A stretch of DNA of 64,000 nt from Minisyncoccia bacterium. Lineage in GTDB: Bacteria; Patescibacteriota; Minisyncoccia; Phycocordibacterales; UBA918. The stretch spans positions 207,872 to 271,871 of the forward strand of contig JBGSPE010000005.1 in the NCBI GenBank assembly GCA_041738755.1, written 5' to 3'. Both the position numbers and the translations under genes were made by a program. This document shows, piece after piece, positions 27,058 through 35,079 of the stretch. The notes under the pieces were generated by a model that was given only the letters and a program-made list of their open reading frames with translations, ran no database searches and was not told where the DNA came from. Within the stretch, counting starts at the first letter, position 1, and each line of letters starts with the position of its first letter.

Positions 27058-28410
27058 ATGGAACGAACACTTATTGCAGATTTAAAAGAACATGTTGGAA
27101 GCGAAGTCTTAATTAACGGGGTCGTCAATGTTGCTCGACATCAGGGTAAGATGGCATTTTTCGACTTTAGAGACCGAACAAGCCTTATTCAAGGGGTTGT
27201 TTTTGGTAAACCTGAGGTACTTGAAGTAGCAAAAGAAATAGGTACCGAATATGCCGTAGCGGTAACCGGTATGGTAAATAAGCGCCCAGAAAAAATGGTG
27301 AACGCTGTAGCACCAAACGGTGATATTGAACTTGAAATCACTGGTATAGAAATACTCAATCAGTCTGAAGCGATGCCGTTTGATATGGACGCTGACTTCT
27401 CACTTGATGTACTCCTCGATAATCGACCACTGACCCTGAGGCGCCCACGAGAGCGAGCTATTTTTAAAATTCAACACACCATCATTACTGCCTATCGACA
27501 GTTTCTGGTGTCTGAAGGGTTTACTGAATTTCATGCCCCGAAGCTCGTAGGGGGTGACGCTGAAGGTGGGGCTGAGGTATTTAAGGTTGAGTACTTTGAT
27601 GGAAAAAGTGCCTATCTTGCAACTAGTCCACAGCTCTACAAGCAAATGATGGTAGGGGTATTTGAGCGAGTTTTCACTGCTGGTTCAATGTTCCGAGCTG
27701 AGAAAAGCGCCACCACGAGACACATGAGCGAGATTGCCATGCTCGATCTTGAAATGGGCTTTATCAAAGATCACACTGACGTCATTGCCTTGGTGACAAA
27801 ACTCATGCAATTCATCACCACAGAGGTCAGTGAACGATGCGCGGCTGAACTGAGCTACCTTGAGATGCCAGGTGCGTTAGCACCAGAAGCATTCCCCGTG
27901 ATGACCCTGCGAGAAGCACAAGAATTGATTAAAAAAGAAACGGGAGTTGATAAAACAAAAGAACCAGATCTTGAACCGGAAGATGAGCGATTCCTTTGTG
28001 AGTATGCTAATACACACTGGCAATCAGACTTTGTGTTTGTAACTCATTTCCCAACCAGCAAGCGGCCCTTCTATACCCACATTGACCCTGATCAACCTGA
28101 ATTTACCCGAAGTTTTGACCTCTTGTTCCGTGGCCTTGAAATGTGTTCAGGCGGACAGCGCGTTCACAAGTACGACGACTTAGTTGCTCGTATCAAGAGC
28201 AAAGGACTTGATCCTGATAAGTTTGAATTTTACCTCCAAGCCTTCAAGTATGGTATTCCACCACATGGAGGAATTGGAATGGGTCTAGAACGACTAACTA
28301 TGAAATACTCCGGGGTCAAAAACGTGAAAGAAGCCAGCCTCTTCCCGAGAGATATGAACCGTATTGACCTCTTATTATCAGAAGGAGAGAGTAGTGAAGC
28401 GGCCTCGTAA
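27058..28410 (+). CDS. aspS: aspartyl-tRNA synthetase, short archaeal/eukaryal-type class IIb
   Basis: 450 aa with an N-terminal OB fold, class II motifs (FRAE, GGIGMGLERL) and SPQLYKQ. The T-box specifier GAC supports the Asp assignment. Confidence 0.85.
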   Translation: MERTLIADLKEHVGSEVLINGVVNVARHQGKMAFFDFRDRTSLIQGVVFGKPEVLEVAKEIGTEYAVAVTGMVNKRPEKMVNAVAPNGDIELEITGIEILNQSEAMPFDMDADFSLDVLLDNRPLTLRRPRERAIFKIQHTIITAYRQFLVSEGFTEFHAPKLVGGDAEGGAEVFKVEYFDGKSAYLATSPQLYKQMMVGVFERVFTAGSMFRAEKSATTRHMSEIAMLDLEMGFIKDHTDVIALVTKLMQFITTEVSERCAAELSYLEMPGALAPEAFPVMTLREAQELIKKETGVDKTKEPDLEPEDERFLCEYANTHWQSDFVFVTHFPTSKRPFYTHIDPDQPEFTRSFDLLFRGLEMCSGGQRVHKYDDLVARIKSKGLDPDKFEFYLQAFKYGIPPHGGIGMGLERLTMKYSGVKNVKEASLFPRDMNRIDLLLSEGESSEAAS

Positions 28411-28423
28411 GAGAGTTGACGGT

Positions 28424-28460
28424 AAACCGGCCAAAACCCATGGGTTTTGGCCGGTTTTCG
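28424..28460 (+). terminator. rho-independent terminator after aspS
   Basis: AAACCGGCCAAAACCCA/TGGGTTTTGGCCGGTTT followed by TCG. Confidence 0.75.
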
Positions 28461-28500
28461 TAATCTGCTATACTTACGGTATTACAATAATATTAGGCTT

Positions 28501-28809
28501 ATGGGAGTTGAAGACTTTAAACAATTTGAAAATACTGAAACACTAAGCAAAGATGAAATGCTCGGTCTGTTTGACTCGCTTAAAAGTACCGATGGACCGG
28601 TTTGGAAAGAACTCTACAGAGCGTCTAATAACTTTGGTGGCCCTGACTCTATTCGGAACTTACTAGAATTCGTCGACGAAGATATGTCTAAAACCCAACA
28701 AAATCGAGTTGGAGAACTTTTAACATTACTAAACAACCCAGCTTTGACCTCAAAGGAAGATATTGAAGAAAAAGTTTACGAATTTATCTCACACTTTGAG
28801 CTTGTATAG
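28501..28809 (+). CDS. hypothetical protein
   Basis: About 102 aa starting at MGVEDFKQ. The track's longer ORF begins inside the upstream terminator. Confidence 0.4.
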   Translation: MGVEDFKQFENTETLSKDEMLGLFDSLKSTDGPVWKELYRASNNFGGPDSIRNLLEFVDEDMSKTQQNRVGELLTLLNNPALTSKEDIEEKVYEFISHFELV

Positions 28810-28812
28810 TGT

Positions 28813-30243
28813 ATGAGTACTATCACCACCACACCAAAAGCTATTTCATCTGTACCAAAAAAATATTGCACGATTGTCTTGACTGAGGACAACGCTAACT
28901 GGCACCGCTTGGTTGAAACAACTGACGGACGACTTGAGTACCGACTTGGAGCAGGGAAGCAAAAAGAGTGGACTATGCGGACATTCCGCACCCTCGTGCG
29001 AACAGTCGTACAAGCAGCCAAAAATCATCAACTAGAAACAATTGCGCTAGAGATTAATCCAACAGTCTCACCAAAACTCAAAGAAGCTGGCGAAGCGTGG
29101 TTTTACCGTACCCTAGCCGAAAACCTTTCCCTCGCACAGTACGAGTTTCGTCGCTACAAAAGTAAAACAAAAACCACCAAAGACCTGAAAGAAATTCTCG
29201 TCTGCGGAATTGAGACTAAGGTCCAAAAAGACAGTTTTGCAACTGGCCTGATTGTTGCGGAAGCCGCCAACTATACCCGTGACGTCTGTAATACTTCAGC
29301 GGAGGAAATGACCCCTGAAAAACTCGCCAAAGCAGCTGTTGATGGACTCAAAGGGACAAAAGCCATTGTCAAAGTTCTCAAGCAAACGGAGATTGCTAAA
29401 GAAAAAATGGGACTCCTTGAAGCAGTAGGCAAGGGGGCAAAGGACGGCGCGCGATTTATCATCATTGAATATTGGGGGAGCGGGAAGTCAACTGGTAAAG
29501 GGACAACAAATCAACCAATCGTTTTGATTGGTAAGGGTATTACCTACGATACCGGGGGACTTAATGTAAAACCATCTGGTTCAATGCACGAAATGCACCT
29601 TGATATGTCTGGTGGTGGTTCAGTGATTGGCGCTATGCGCGCAATTGCGAAACTTGGTCTTAAAAAGAATGTCATTGGTCTGATTCCAGCGGCGGAGAAT
29701 TCTGTGTCTGCAAGTAGTATGCGAGCGGGTGATATCGCCACCTCAATGTCCGGTCAAACGGTAGAAATCTTACACACTGACGCTGAAGGACGCCTTGTCC
29801 TCGCTGACGCAATGACCTACGCGCAAAAATACTATAAGCCGAGCGTCATGATTGATATTGCTACCCTTACCGGGGCGGCTTTGGTAGCACTTGGACAACA
29901 AGCGTCTGTCATTATGACCAAAGACGAGACACTGCAAACTACCCTCACTAAGCTCGGGGAGGAAAGTGGTGATTGGGTGTGGCCACTACCACTGTGGGAT
30001 GAGTATAAAGCAACCCTCAAAAGCACCCGAGCTGACATCTCAAACATCGCCACCAACTTCGCTCGGTGGGGCGGTACGATTGAAGGTGGCACCTTCTTGT
30101 CATTTTTTGCCGACAAAGATGTGCCGTGGGTGCATATTGATATGGCGCCACGAATGGAAAGTATTGCGAGTGACAAGCTCGCCAAGGGTGCAACCGGAGA
30201 ACCGGTACGACTCCTCGTAAAATTCGTTGAAAATGGCGTATGA
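28813..30243 (+). CDS. pepA: leucyl aminopeptidase (M17)
   Basis: The NTDAEGRL signature; VILIGKGITYDTGG. Confidence 0.9.
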   Translation: MSTITTTPKAISSVPKKYCTIVLTEDNANWHRLVETTDGRLEYRLGAGKQKEWTMRTFRTLVRTVVQAAKNHQLETIALEINPTVSPKLKEAGEAWFYRTLAENLSLAQYEFRRYKSKTKTTKDLKEILVCGIETKVQKDSFATGLIVAEAANYTRDVCNTSAEEMTPEKLAKAAVDGLKGTKAIVKVLKQTEIAKEKMGLLEAVGKGAKDGARFIIIEYWGSGKSTGKGTTNQPIVLIGKGITYDTGGLNVKPSGSMHEMHLDMSGGGSVIGAMRAIAKLGLKKNVIGLIPAAENSVSASSMRAGDIATSMSGQTVEILHTDAEGRLVLADAMTYAQKYYKPSVMIDIATLTGAALVALGQQASVIMTKDETLQTTLTKLGEESGDWVWPLPLWDEYKATLKSTRADISNIATNFARWGGTIEGGTFLSFFADKDVPWVHIDMAPRMESIASDKLAKGATGEPVRLLVKFVENGV

Positions 30244-30869
30244 CAGTAGATGAGTATACTGAAGAGAAAATCCTTGAAGACTTGGACCGTCTGTCTTATC
30301 TGTATGGACTCAAGCGTGTCATGCGATACAATCAACAACGCGAAGAGCCACTCTATACAGAGTCGGTAGCTGAACACCTATATGGTATGAACTTACTAGC
30401 TCAGTACTTTTTACCTCTTGAAGATCCGGCAGGACTATTTAACCGGGCGCGCATATACGAAATGATTACCCTCCATGATATTGATGAAATTGAAACTGGT
30501 GATGTGCTTGGGTACACCAAAACAGACGCGATTCGAGAGCAGGAAGTAGTTGCTATGCGGATAGTAGCGGAAAAATCTCCTCAGCACATACAATCATTTA
30601 TAAAAGAGCGAGTTGAAGAGTATGAAGCAAAAGAAACCATAGAGGCGAAATTTGCCCGTGCTATCGATAAAATGGAGCCACTTGTGCACATCTATCACCC
30701 CATGGTTCGTGACATTTTACACATCAATCAAACAACCATTGAACAGTCACGGAGCATCAAGGACAAATATATCGCTGACTTTCCCTTTATTACAAAGTTC
30801 AATGAAACCGTTCACCAAAAACTCGACACGGACGGATTCTTTTGGACACCAGGTGTCACACTCCATTAA
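30240..30869 (+). CDS. HD-domain hydrolase (YfbR-like 5'-deoxynucleotidase family)
   Basis: ESVAEHL...HDIDEIETGD pattern. Confidence 0.65.
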   Translation: MTVDEYTEEKILEDLDRLSYLYGLKRVMRYNQQREEPLYTESVAEHLYGMNLLAQYFLPLEDPAGLFNRARIYEMITLHDIDEIETGDVLGYTKTDAIREQEVVAMRIVAEKSPQHIQSFIKERVEEYEAKETIEAKFARAIDKMEPLVHIYHPMVRDILHINQTTIEQSRSIKDKYIADFPFITKFNETVHQKLDTDGFFWTPGVTLH

Positions 30870-30889
30870 GCGCATGCTACACTTATGTC

Positions 30890-31633
30890 ATGAGTGATGC
30901 TGTCACTAGTATTTTTTCTATCAAAACGGACACCTTTGAAGGTCCGCTTGAATTGTTAATTGAGCTCGTCGAGAAGCGAAAACTTTTGATTAATAGCATC
31001 AGCCTCGCCAGCGTAACTGATGAATACATGGCTCGAGTAAGTGCCATGCAAGAACAATCACTGCCACATACCGCGCAGTTTATTACCCTGGCTGCCACAC
31101 TCCTCCTTATTAAGAGTAAATCATTACTTCCAATCCTTGATCTCACTGATGAAGAAGAGGCAAGTATTGAAGACCTTAATGAACGACTCAAGCAGTACCA
31201 ACTGTTTCGTTCGATTGCGGTCGTTATTCAGAGCACCTACGGTCAAGCAGTGATGCATGAACCTGAGTACACACCACCAAGAGAGCCACTTTTTATCCCT
31301 GACACATTTACCACTGTCACTTCGCTAAAAGAGGCGATGGAGCGGGTGATCACCAATCTTCCAAAAGCAGCACCGGAAAAACCGACCGCTCGTGTCAGGC
31401 CGACTATCTCACTTGAAGAAATGATGGATAATTTAAAACGAAGGATTGAACAACAGATGAAGATGAGCTTTTTTGATATCAAACGGAGAGAACCAGAGCG
31501 TAAAAATGTGATTGTTGGATTCCTGGCAATCTTGGAACTTTTTAAACAAGGTGATGTATTAGTGACACAACTCACACGCTTTGCTGATATTGAAATGGAA
31601 TTAGAACGGAGCGAGATTCCTCGGTATTACTAA
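30890..31633 (+). CDS. scpA: segregation and condensation protein A
   Basis: FEGPLELLIELVEKRKLLINSISLASVTDEY. The start is at MSDAV.., an internal Met of the track ORF. Confidence 0.85.
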   Translation: MSDAVTSIFSIKTDTFEGPLELLIELVEKRKLLINSISLASVTDEYMARVSAMQEQSLPHTAQFITLAATLLLIKSKSLLPILDLTDEEEASIEDLNERLKQYQLFRSIAVVIQSTYGQAVMHEPEYTPPREPLFIPDTFTTVTSLKEAMERVITNLPKAAPEKPTARVRPTISLEEMMDNLKRRIEQQMKMSFFDIKRREPERKNVIVGFLAILELFKQGDVLVTQLTRFADIEMELERSEIPRYY

Positions 31634-31646
31634 GATATAAAAAAGA

Positions 31647-31716
31647 CCGGTTGGTCTAGAGCTATCGTCATCCTACACACGTGCAGGGATAGCTTAAGAC
31701 CAACCGGCTATAAAGT
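31647..31716 (-). terminator. 70-nt imperfect hairpin with U tract on the minus strand (terminator-like)
   Basis: GACCGGTTGGTCTAGAGCTATC...GATAGCTTAAGACCAACCGG. The minus-strand sense ends in TCTTTTTTAT. Confidence 0.45.
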
Positions 31717-31812
31717 GAGGGTACCCTTCACCAAGGAATTTGGAGAAGGCCCTTTGGGTCGCTGGACGATACTACCAGAAGATTAGTATCTGGCAAGTAA
31801 ATTTTGCTTTAA

Positions 31813-31832
31813 ACAATATATTAATATATTGT
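31813..31832. repeat. 20-bp perfect palindrome ACAATATATTAATATATTGT
   Basis: Seen directly in the sequence; candidate operator or protein-binding site. Confidence 0.8.
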
Positions 31833-31838
31833 CAAATT

Positions 31839-31900
31839 AAAAGGCCGGAGTCCCTGGGGTACACATGTAACACGTGGGGGGACTCCGGCCTTGGCTTTTT
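31839..31900 (+). terminator. strong stem-loop followed by GGCTTTTT
   Basis: AAGGCCGGAGTCCC...GGGACTCCGGCCTT, a 14-bp GC-rich stem with an inner palindrome ACATGT. Confidence 0.55.
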
Positions 31901-31979
31901 ACGAGGCTTAGCTCGGCTCACCGGTGGGGAATTGTTCCGACGAACGTACCCAATGGGAGACTAATGCGTTGGGAGGTCA

Positions 31980-32090
31980 ATGAGCTATAACGAGTACTTT
32001 ATAGCCTGTCCTGCACTGTTCACCGCTGCATGTTCTGGACTTATAATAGCACTATTTATTCAATTGGTCAACAGAAGCCCTCTTTTATAG
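31980..32090 (+). CDS. 36-aa hydrophobic peptide (small membrane peptide, type I toxin-like)
   Basis: MSYNEYFIACPALFTAACSGLIIALFIQLVNRSPLL. An SD (GGGAGG) ends 3 nt before the ATG. One predicted TM helix. Not in the ORF track because it is under 60 aa. Confidence 0.4.
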   Translation: MSYNEYFIACPALFTAACSGLIIALFIQLVNRSPLL

Positions 32091-32142
32091 CAAAGAATAC
32101 TACTTGCACCTGGACTTAAGAGAAAATATGTATAGAGAAAGT

Positions 32143-32190
32143 AAAACCCCTGCCAACTCTTGAGAGAGTGGCAGGGGTATGAAGGTTTTT
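32143..32190. terminator. bidirectional terminator shared by the convergent small ORFs
   Basis: CCCCTGCCA..TGGCAGGGG, flanked by AAAA on the left and a T run on the right. Confidence 0.6.
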
Positions 32191-32253
32191 GATACCTACA
32201 AACAGTTATCGGCGTCTTTCGCCGGGTTCAGACTTTCGGCCGACCAGGATCGA

Positions 32254-32370
32254 TCAGATCGTGGCGGCGCCGGCGATCGCGGCAGGGATCGAGGTGTTGC
32301 TGTCGAGCGTTTCATCATAGGCCGGGGCAGCGGTCGTGCCGGGCGGCTGGAAGGTGCAGATGGTCTTCAT
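32254..32370 (-). CDS. 38-aa Ala/Thr/Pro/Gly-rich peptide ORF with strongly anomalous GC
   Basis: MKTICTFQPPGTTAAPAYDETLDSNTSIPAAIAGAATI. GC3 is about 86%, against roughly 35% in neighbouring genes. SD GGGAGA lies 7 nt upstream. The overlapping 32179..32394 plus-strand track ORF is an R/G-rich frame shadow. Confidence 0.45.
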   Translation of the reverse strand: MKTICTFQPPGTTAAPAYDETLDSNTSIPAAIAGAATI

Positions 32371-32419
32371 AGGATATTCTCCCAAAGAGTCTGAGAGCGA
32401 GAATGCTTCAGACCCCTAG

Positions 32420-32448
32420 ATATTAGCATATGACACACAATATGTCAA
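32420..32448 (-). promoter_or_regulatory. strong sigma70-like promoter (TTGACA-17-TAATAT) driving the minus-strand small ORF
   Basis: Minus-strand -35 is the complement of 32443-32448 and -10 the complement of 32420-32425. A GTCAA direct repeat and a TGACA/TGTCA inverted repeat overlap it. Confidence 0.6.
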
Positions 32449-32531
32449 GCGTCAAATGATGGTTTTTTGCAGGGGAGTAACTATGCACAAAAAACACACG
32501 AATTAAAGGTTTTTCGTGCTAAACTGCCGGT

Positions 32532-33053
32532 ATGCCATTGTCGGTCCTCATTGAAGCAGTGCTGTTTTATAAAGCCAGCCCACAAAAGAAATCTGTCTTG
32601 CAGAAGCTTTTTATGGCTGACGATGTAGTGTGGCATGAAGCCATTACCGAACTTAAAAGTCGACTAGAGTCAGGAGCTACCCGCCTGGTAGAAACTGATA
32701 CTGAATTATTGCTGGCCACTGCCCCAGAACTCTCAGAACTAATAGACTCACTCCGCAAGGAAGAACTTAAGGGTGATATCGGAAAAGCAGGGGCTGAAAC
32801 TCTGGCTATCGTTCTCTATAAAGAACCGGTATCGAGAGCAGAGATAGATCGTATCCGTGGTGTAAACTCTGCGTTTATCTTACGCAACCTCATGGTCAAG
32901 GGACTTATCAAGCGTGAAGCAGTGGGGAATAGTTTTCAATTTCATATCACTCCTGAGCTCTTGCAACACCTCGGTATTACAAATAAAATCAATCTCCCGC
33001 AGTACAGTGAATTCATGACTGCTCTTGAGACATTTAACCAAACTCCCGTATGA
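32532..33053 (+). CDS. scpB: segregation and condensation protein B
   Basis: ...AEIDRIRGVNSAFILRNLMVKGLIKRE..., a ScpB winged-helix pattern. Confidence 0.85.
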   Translation: MPLSVLIEAVLFYKASPQKKSVLQKLFMADDVVWHEAITELKSRLESGATRLVETDTELLLATAPELSELIDSLRKEELKGDIGKAGAETLAIVLYKEPVSRAEIDRIRGVNSAFILRNLMVKGLIKREAVGNSFQFHITPELLQHLGITNKINLPQYSEFMTALETFNQTPV

Positions 33054-34024
33054 TCAACTACGGAGATAAAACAGTTCATGAAAGGCGAGTTATTATTGTC
33101 TTTCAGCTTGGTGTGTTAGCGGTGATTCTGGGAGGGATTTTTAGTACGGTTATTTTTAACCCGACGGTAGCAAAAGAAGAGGAGTATGTGAACTTAAGTA
33201 GCGTACCAGCCAAACCAGCTGACAGCGCGGCGCTCTATGAAAGTCTCGCTGACATACAAGTGAGAGCGGAAGCGGCCTATGTATGGGATGTTAAAGGTAA
33301 ACAAGTACTGTATAGCAAAAATGCCGATACACCATTACCGCTAGCGTCTATTACCAAGCTCATGACAGCGCTCTTAAGCTTCGAACTTCTAGACGGAGAG
33401 ACAACCGGTATTGTGACTGAATCAGCCGTCAATCAAGAGGGGAGTTACCGTCTTGCTGCCGGAGATTCACTCACGCTTGACCAACTTAACAAACTCGCTC
33501 TGATTGCTTCTTCGAATGAAGCAGCTTACGCACTTGGAGCCAGTGTCGGAAGTGTATTGGGGGAGCAAGATGCCTACACACAGTTCGTGACCGCAATGAA
33601 TATTAGAGCGGAAGAACTCGGATTAGACACCCTCTCATTTAAAAACACTACCGGGCTTGATATTTCTCCTACTGAACCAGGAGCTGTCGGATCTGCGAAA
33701 GAAACATCATTACTGTTAGAATACATTCTTCGTGAACAGCCTGAAATCTTAGAACCAACCACACGCTCGGTAGCTCGAGTCTACAATCAAGACGGGAGTT
33801 TCTATGATGTCACAAATACTAATGACGCCCTCTATGCAATTCCTAATCTCCTGGCCTCTAAAACTGGGTACACTGACTTAGCAGGAGGCAACCTCACCAT
33901 TGCCTTTGATGCTGGTTTTGATAGACCAATTATCATTACGGTACTAGGCTCAACCCGAGATGGGCGATTTTCAGATGTCCTGCGACTCATGAATGCTATC
34001 AAAACTCATAGTGATGCCTTATGA
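33050..34024 (+). CDS. D-alanyl-D-alanine carboxypeptidase (S11, PBP5/6-like)
   Basis: SxxK (SITK), SxN (SSN) and KTG (KTGYTD) motifs, plus an N-terminal TM. Confidence 0.85.
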   Translation: MINYGDKTVHERRVIIVFQLGVLAVILGGIFSTVIFNPTVAKEEEYVNLSSVPAKPADSAALYESLADIQVRAEAAYVWDVKGKQVLYSKNADTPLPLASITKLMTALLSFELLDGETTGIVTESAVNQEGSYRLAAGDSLTLDQLNKLALIASSNEAAYALGASVGSVLGEQDAYTQFVTAMNIRAEELGLDTLSFKNTTGLDISPTEPGAVGSAKETSLLLEYILREQPEILEPTTRSVARVYNQDGSFYDVTNTNDALYAIPNLLASKTGYTDLAGGNLTIAFDAGFDRPIIITVLGSTRDGRFSDVLRLMNAIKTHSDAL

Positions 34025-35079
34025 ACATCACCCTTTTAGACATTTTCTTACCGGGTATCGCCGCTTTTATTATCGGTGTTTTAATTACACCACTTCTCAC
34101 ACACTTCTTGTACAAATATAAAGTCTGGAAGAAACAAGGTGGCAAGACCGCCCTTGGTGGAAAGGTGGCAGAGACTTTCAATCTCCTCAAAGGAGAGGGT
34201 GAGACAAAAACTCCACGCATGGGTGGCATTGTTATCTGGGCTAGTACACTTATCACCTTGGTAGGGGGTTGGTTCTTAGCTATGATGTTTCCGCTCTCAA
34301 CCCTTCAGAGCTTTGATTTTCTTACCCGCTCACAAACACTTATTCCAACAACCGCACTCTTTGTTGGGGCAGTGATTGGATTTTTAAATGATTTCTACGA
34401 CGTAGCTCACGGCGGGAAAGGACTCCGACTATCAGTCCGTTTGGTTTTAATTAGTATTCTCTCCGGCGGGATTGGCTGGTGGTTTTATAACAAGCTCGGA
34501 GTAACAACCGTTGGTATTCCGTTTGATGGAGTACTCGAACTTGGTGTACTTATCATTCCGTTCTTCATCTTGCTTACTATCGCTATTTACGCCAGCGGTG
34601 TTATCGACGGTATCGACGGACTCTCAGGTGGTGTCTTTGCTGCCGTATTTGGAGCGTATGCAGGTATTGCTATCGTACAGATGCAGTATGACTTGGCCGC
34701 GTTTTGTGTAACAGTGGTCGGCGCAATTTTGGCCTTCTTGTGGTTTAACATACCGCCAGCGCGCTTCTGGATGACCGAAACCGGTTCAATGGCGCTTACA
34801 TTATCGCTTGCAACCGTAGTGTTCATGACCGACTCACTAGGGGAGGGAAATGGTATCGCACTTCTTCCGATTGTGGGGTTACCACTTATGGCTACGGTGC
34901 TTTCTAATGTAATTCAAATTGGCTACCGAAAAACTACCGGTAAGAAGTTTTTTCGAATTGCACCGCTTCACCATCACTTTGAAGCCATTGGGTGGCCGTC
35001 TTACAAAGTGACAATGCGCTACTGGATTATCAGTATCATTTGTGCCGTTATTGGCGTAACGATAGCCGCTATTGCATGA
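34021..35079 (+). CDS. mraY: phospho-N-acetylmuramoyl-pentapeptide transferase
   Basis: 10-TM protein with DGIDGLSGG and ..PLHHHFE.. motifs. Confidence 0.93.
   Translation: MNITLLDIFLPGIAAFIIGVLITPLLTHFLYKYKVWKKQGGKTALGGKVAETFNLLKGEGETKTPRMGGIVIWASTLITLVGGWFLAMMFPLSTLQSFDFLTRSQTLIPTTALFVGAVIGFLNDFYDVAHGGKGLRLSVRLVLISILSGGIGWWFYNKLGVTTVGIPFDGVLELGVLIIPFFILLTIAIYASGVIDGIDGLSGGVFAAVFGAYAGIAIVQMQYDLAAFCVTVVGAILAFLWFNIPPARFWMTETGSMALTLSLATVVFMTDSLGEGNGIALLPIVGLPLMATVLSNVIQIGYRKTTGKKFFRIAPLHHHFEAIGWPSYKVTMRYWIISIICAVIGVTIAAIA

Noticed and set aside
31740-31964. 74-aa plus-strand ORF in the insert
   Set aside because: No SD. It spans two hairpins and a palindrome, and its translation is low-complexity.
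32179-32394. 71-aa plus-strand ORF (R/G-rich) in the scpA-scpB insert
   Set aside because: Its low-complexity RGD-rich translation is typical of an off-frame read of GC-rich DNA. The opposite-strand 38-aa ORF has an SD, a promoter, and a strong third-position GC periodicity.
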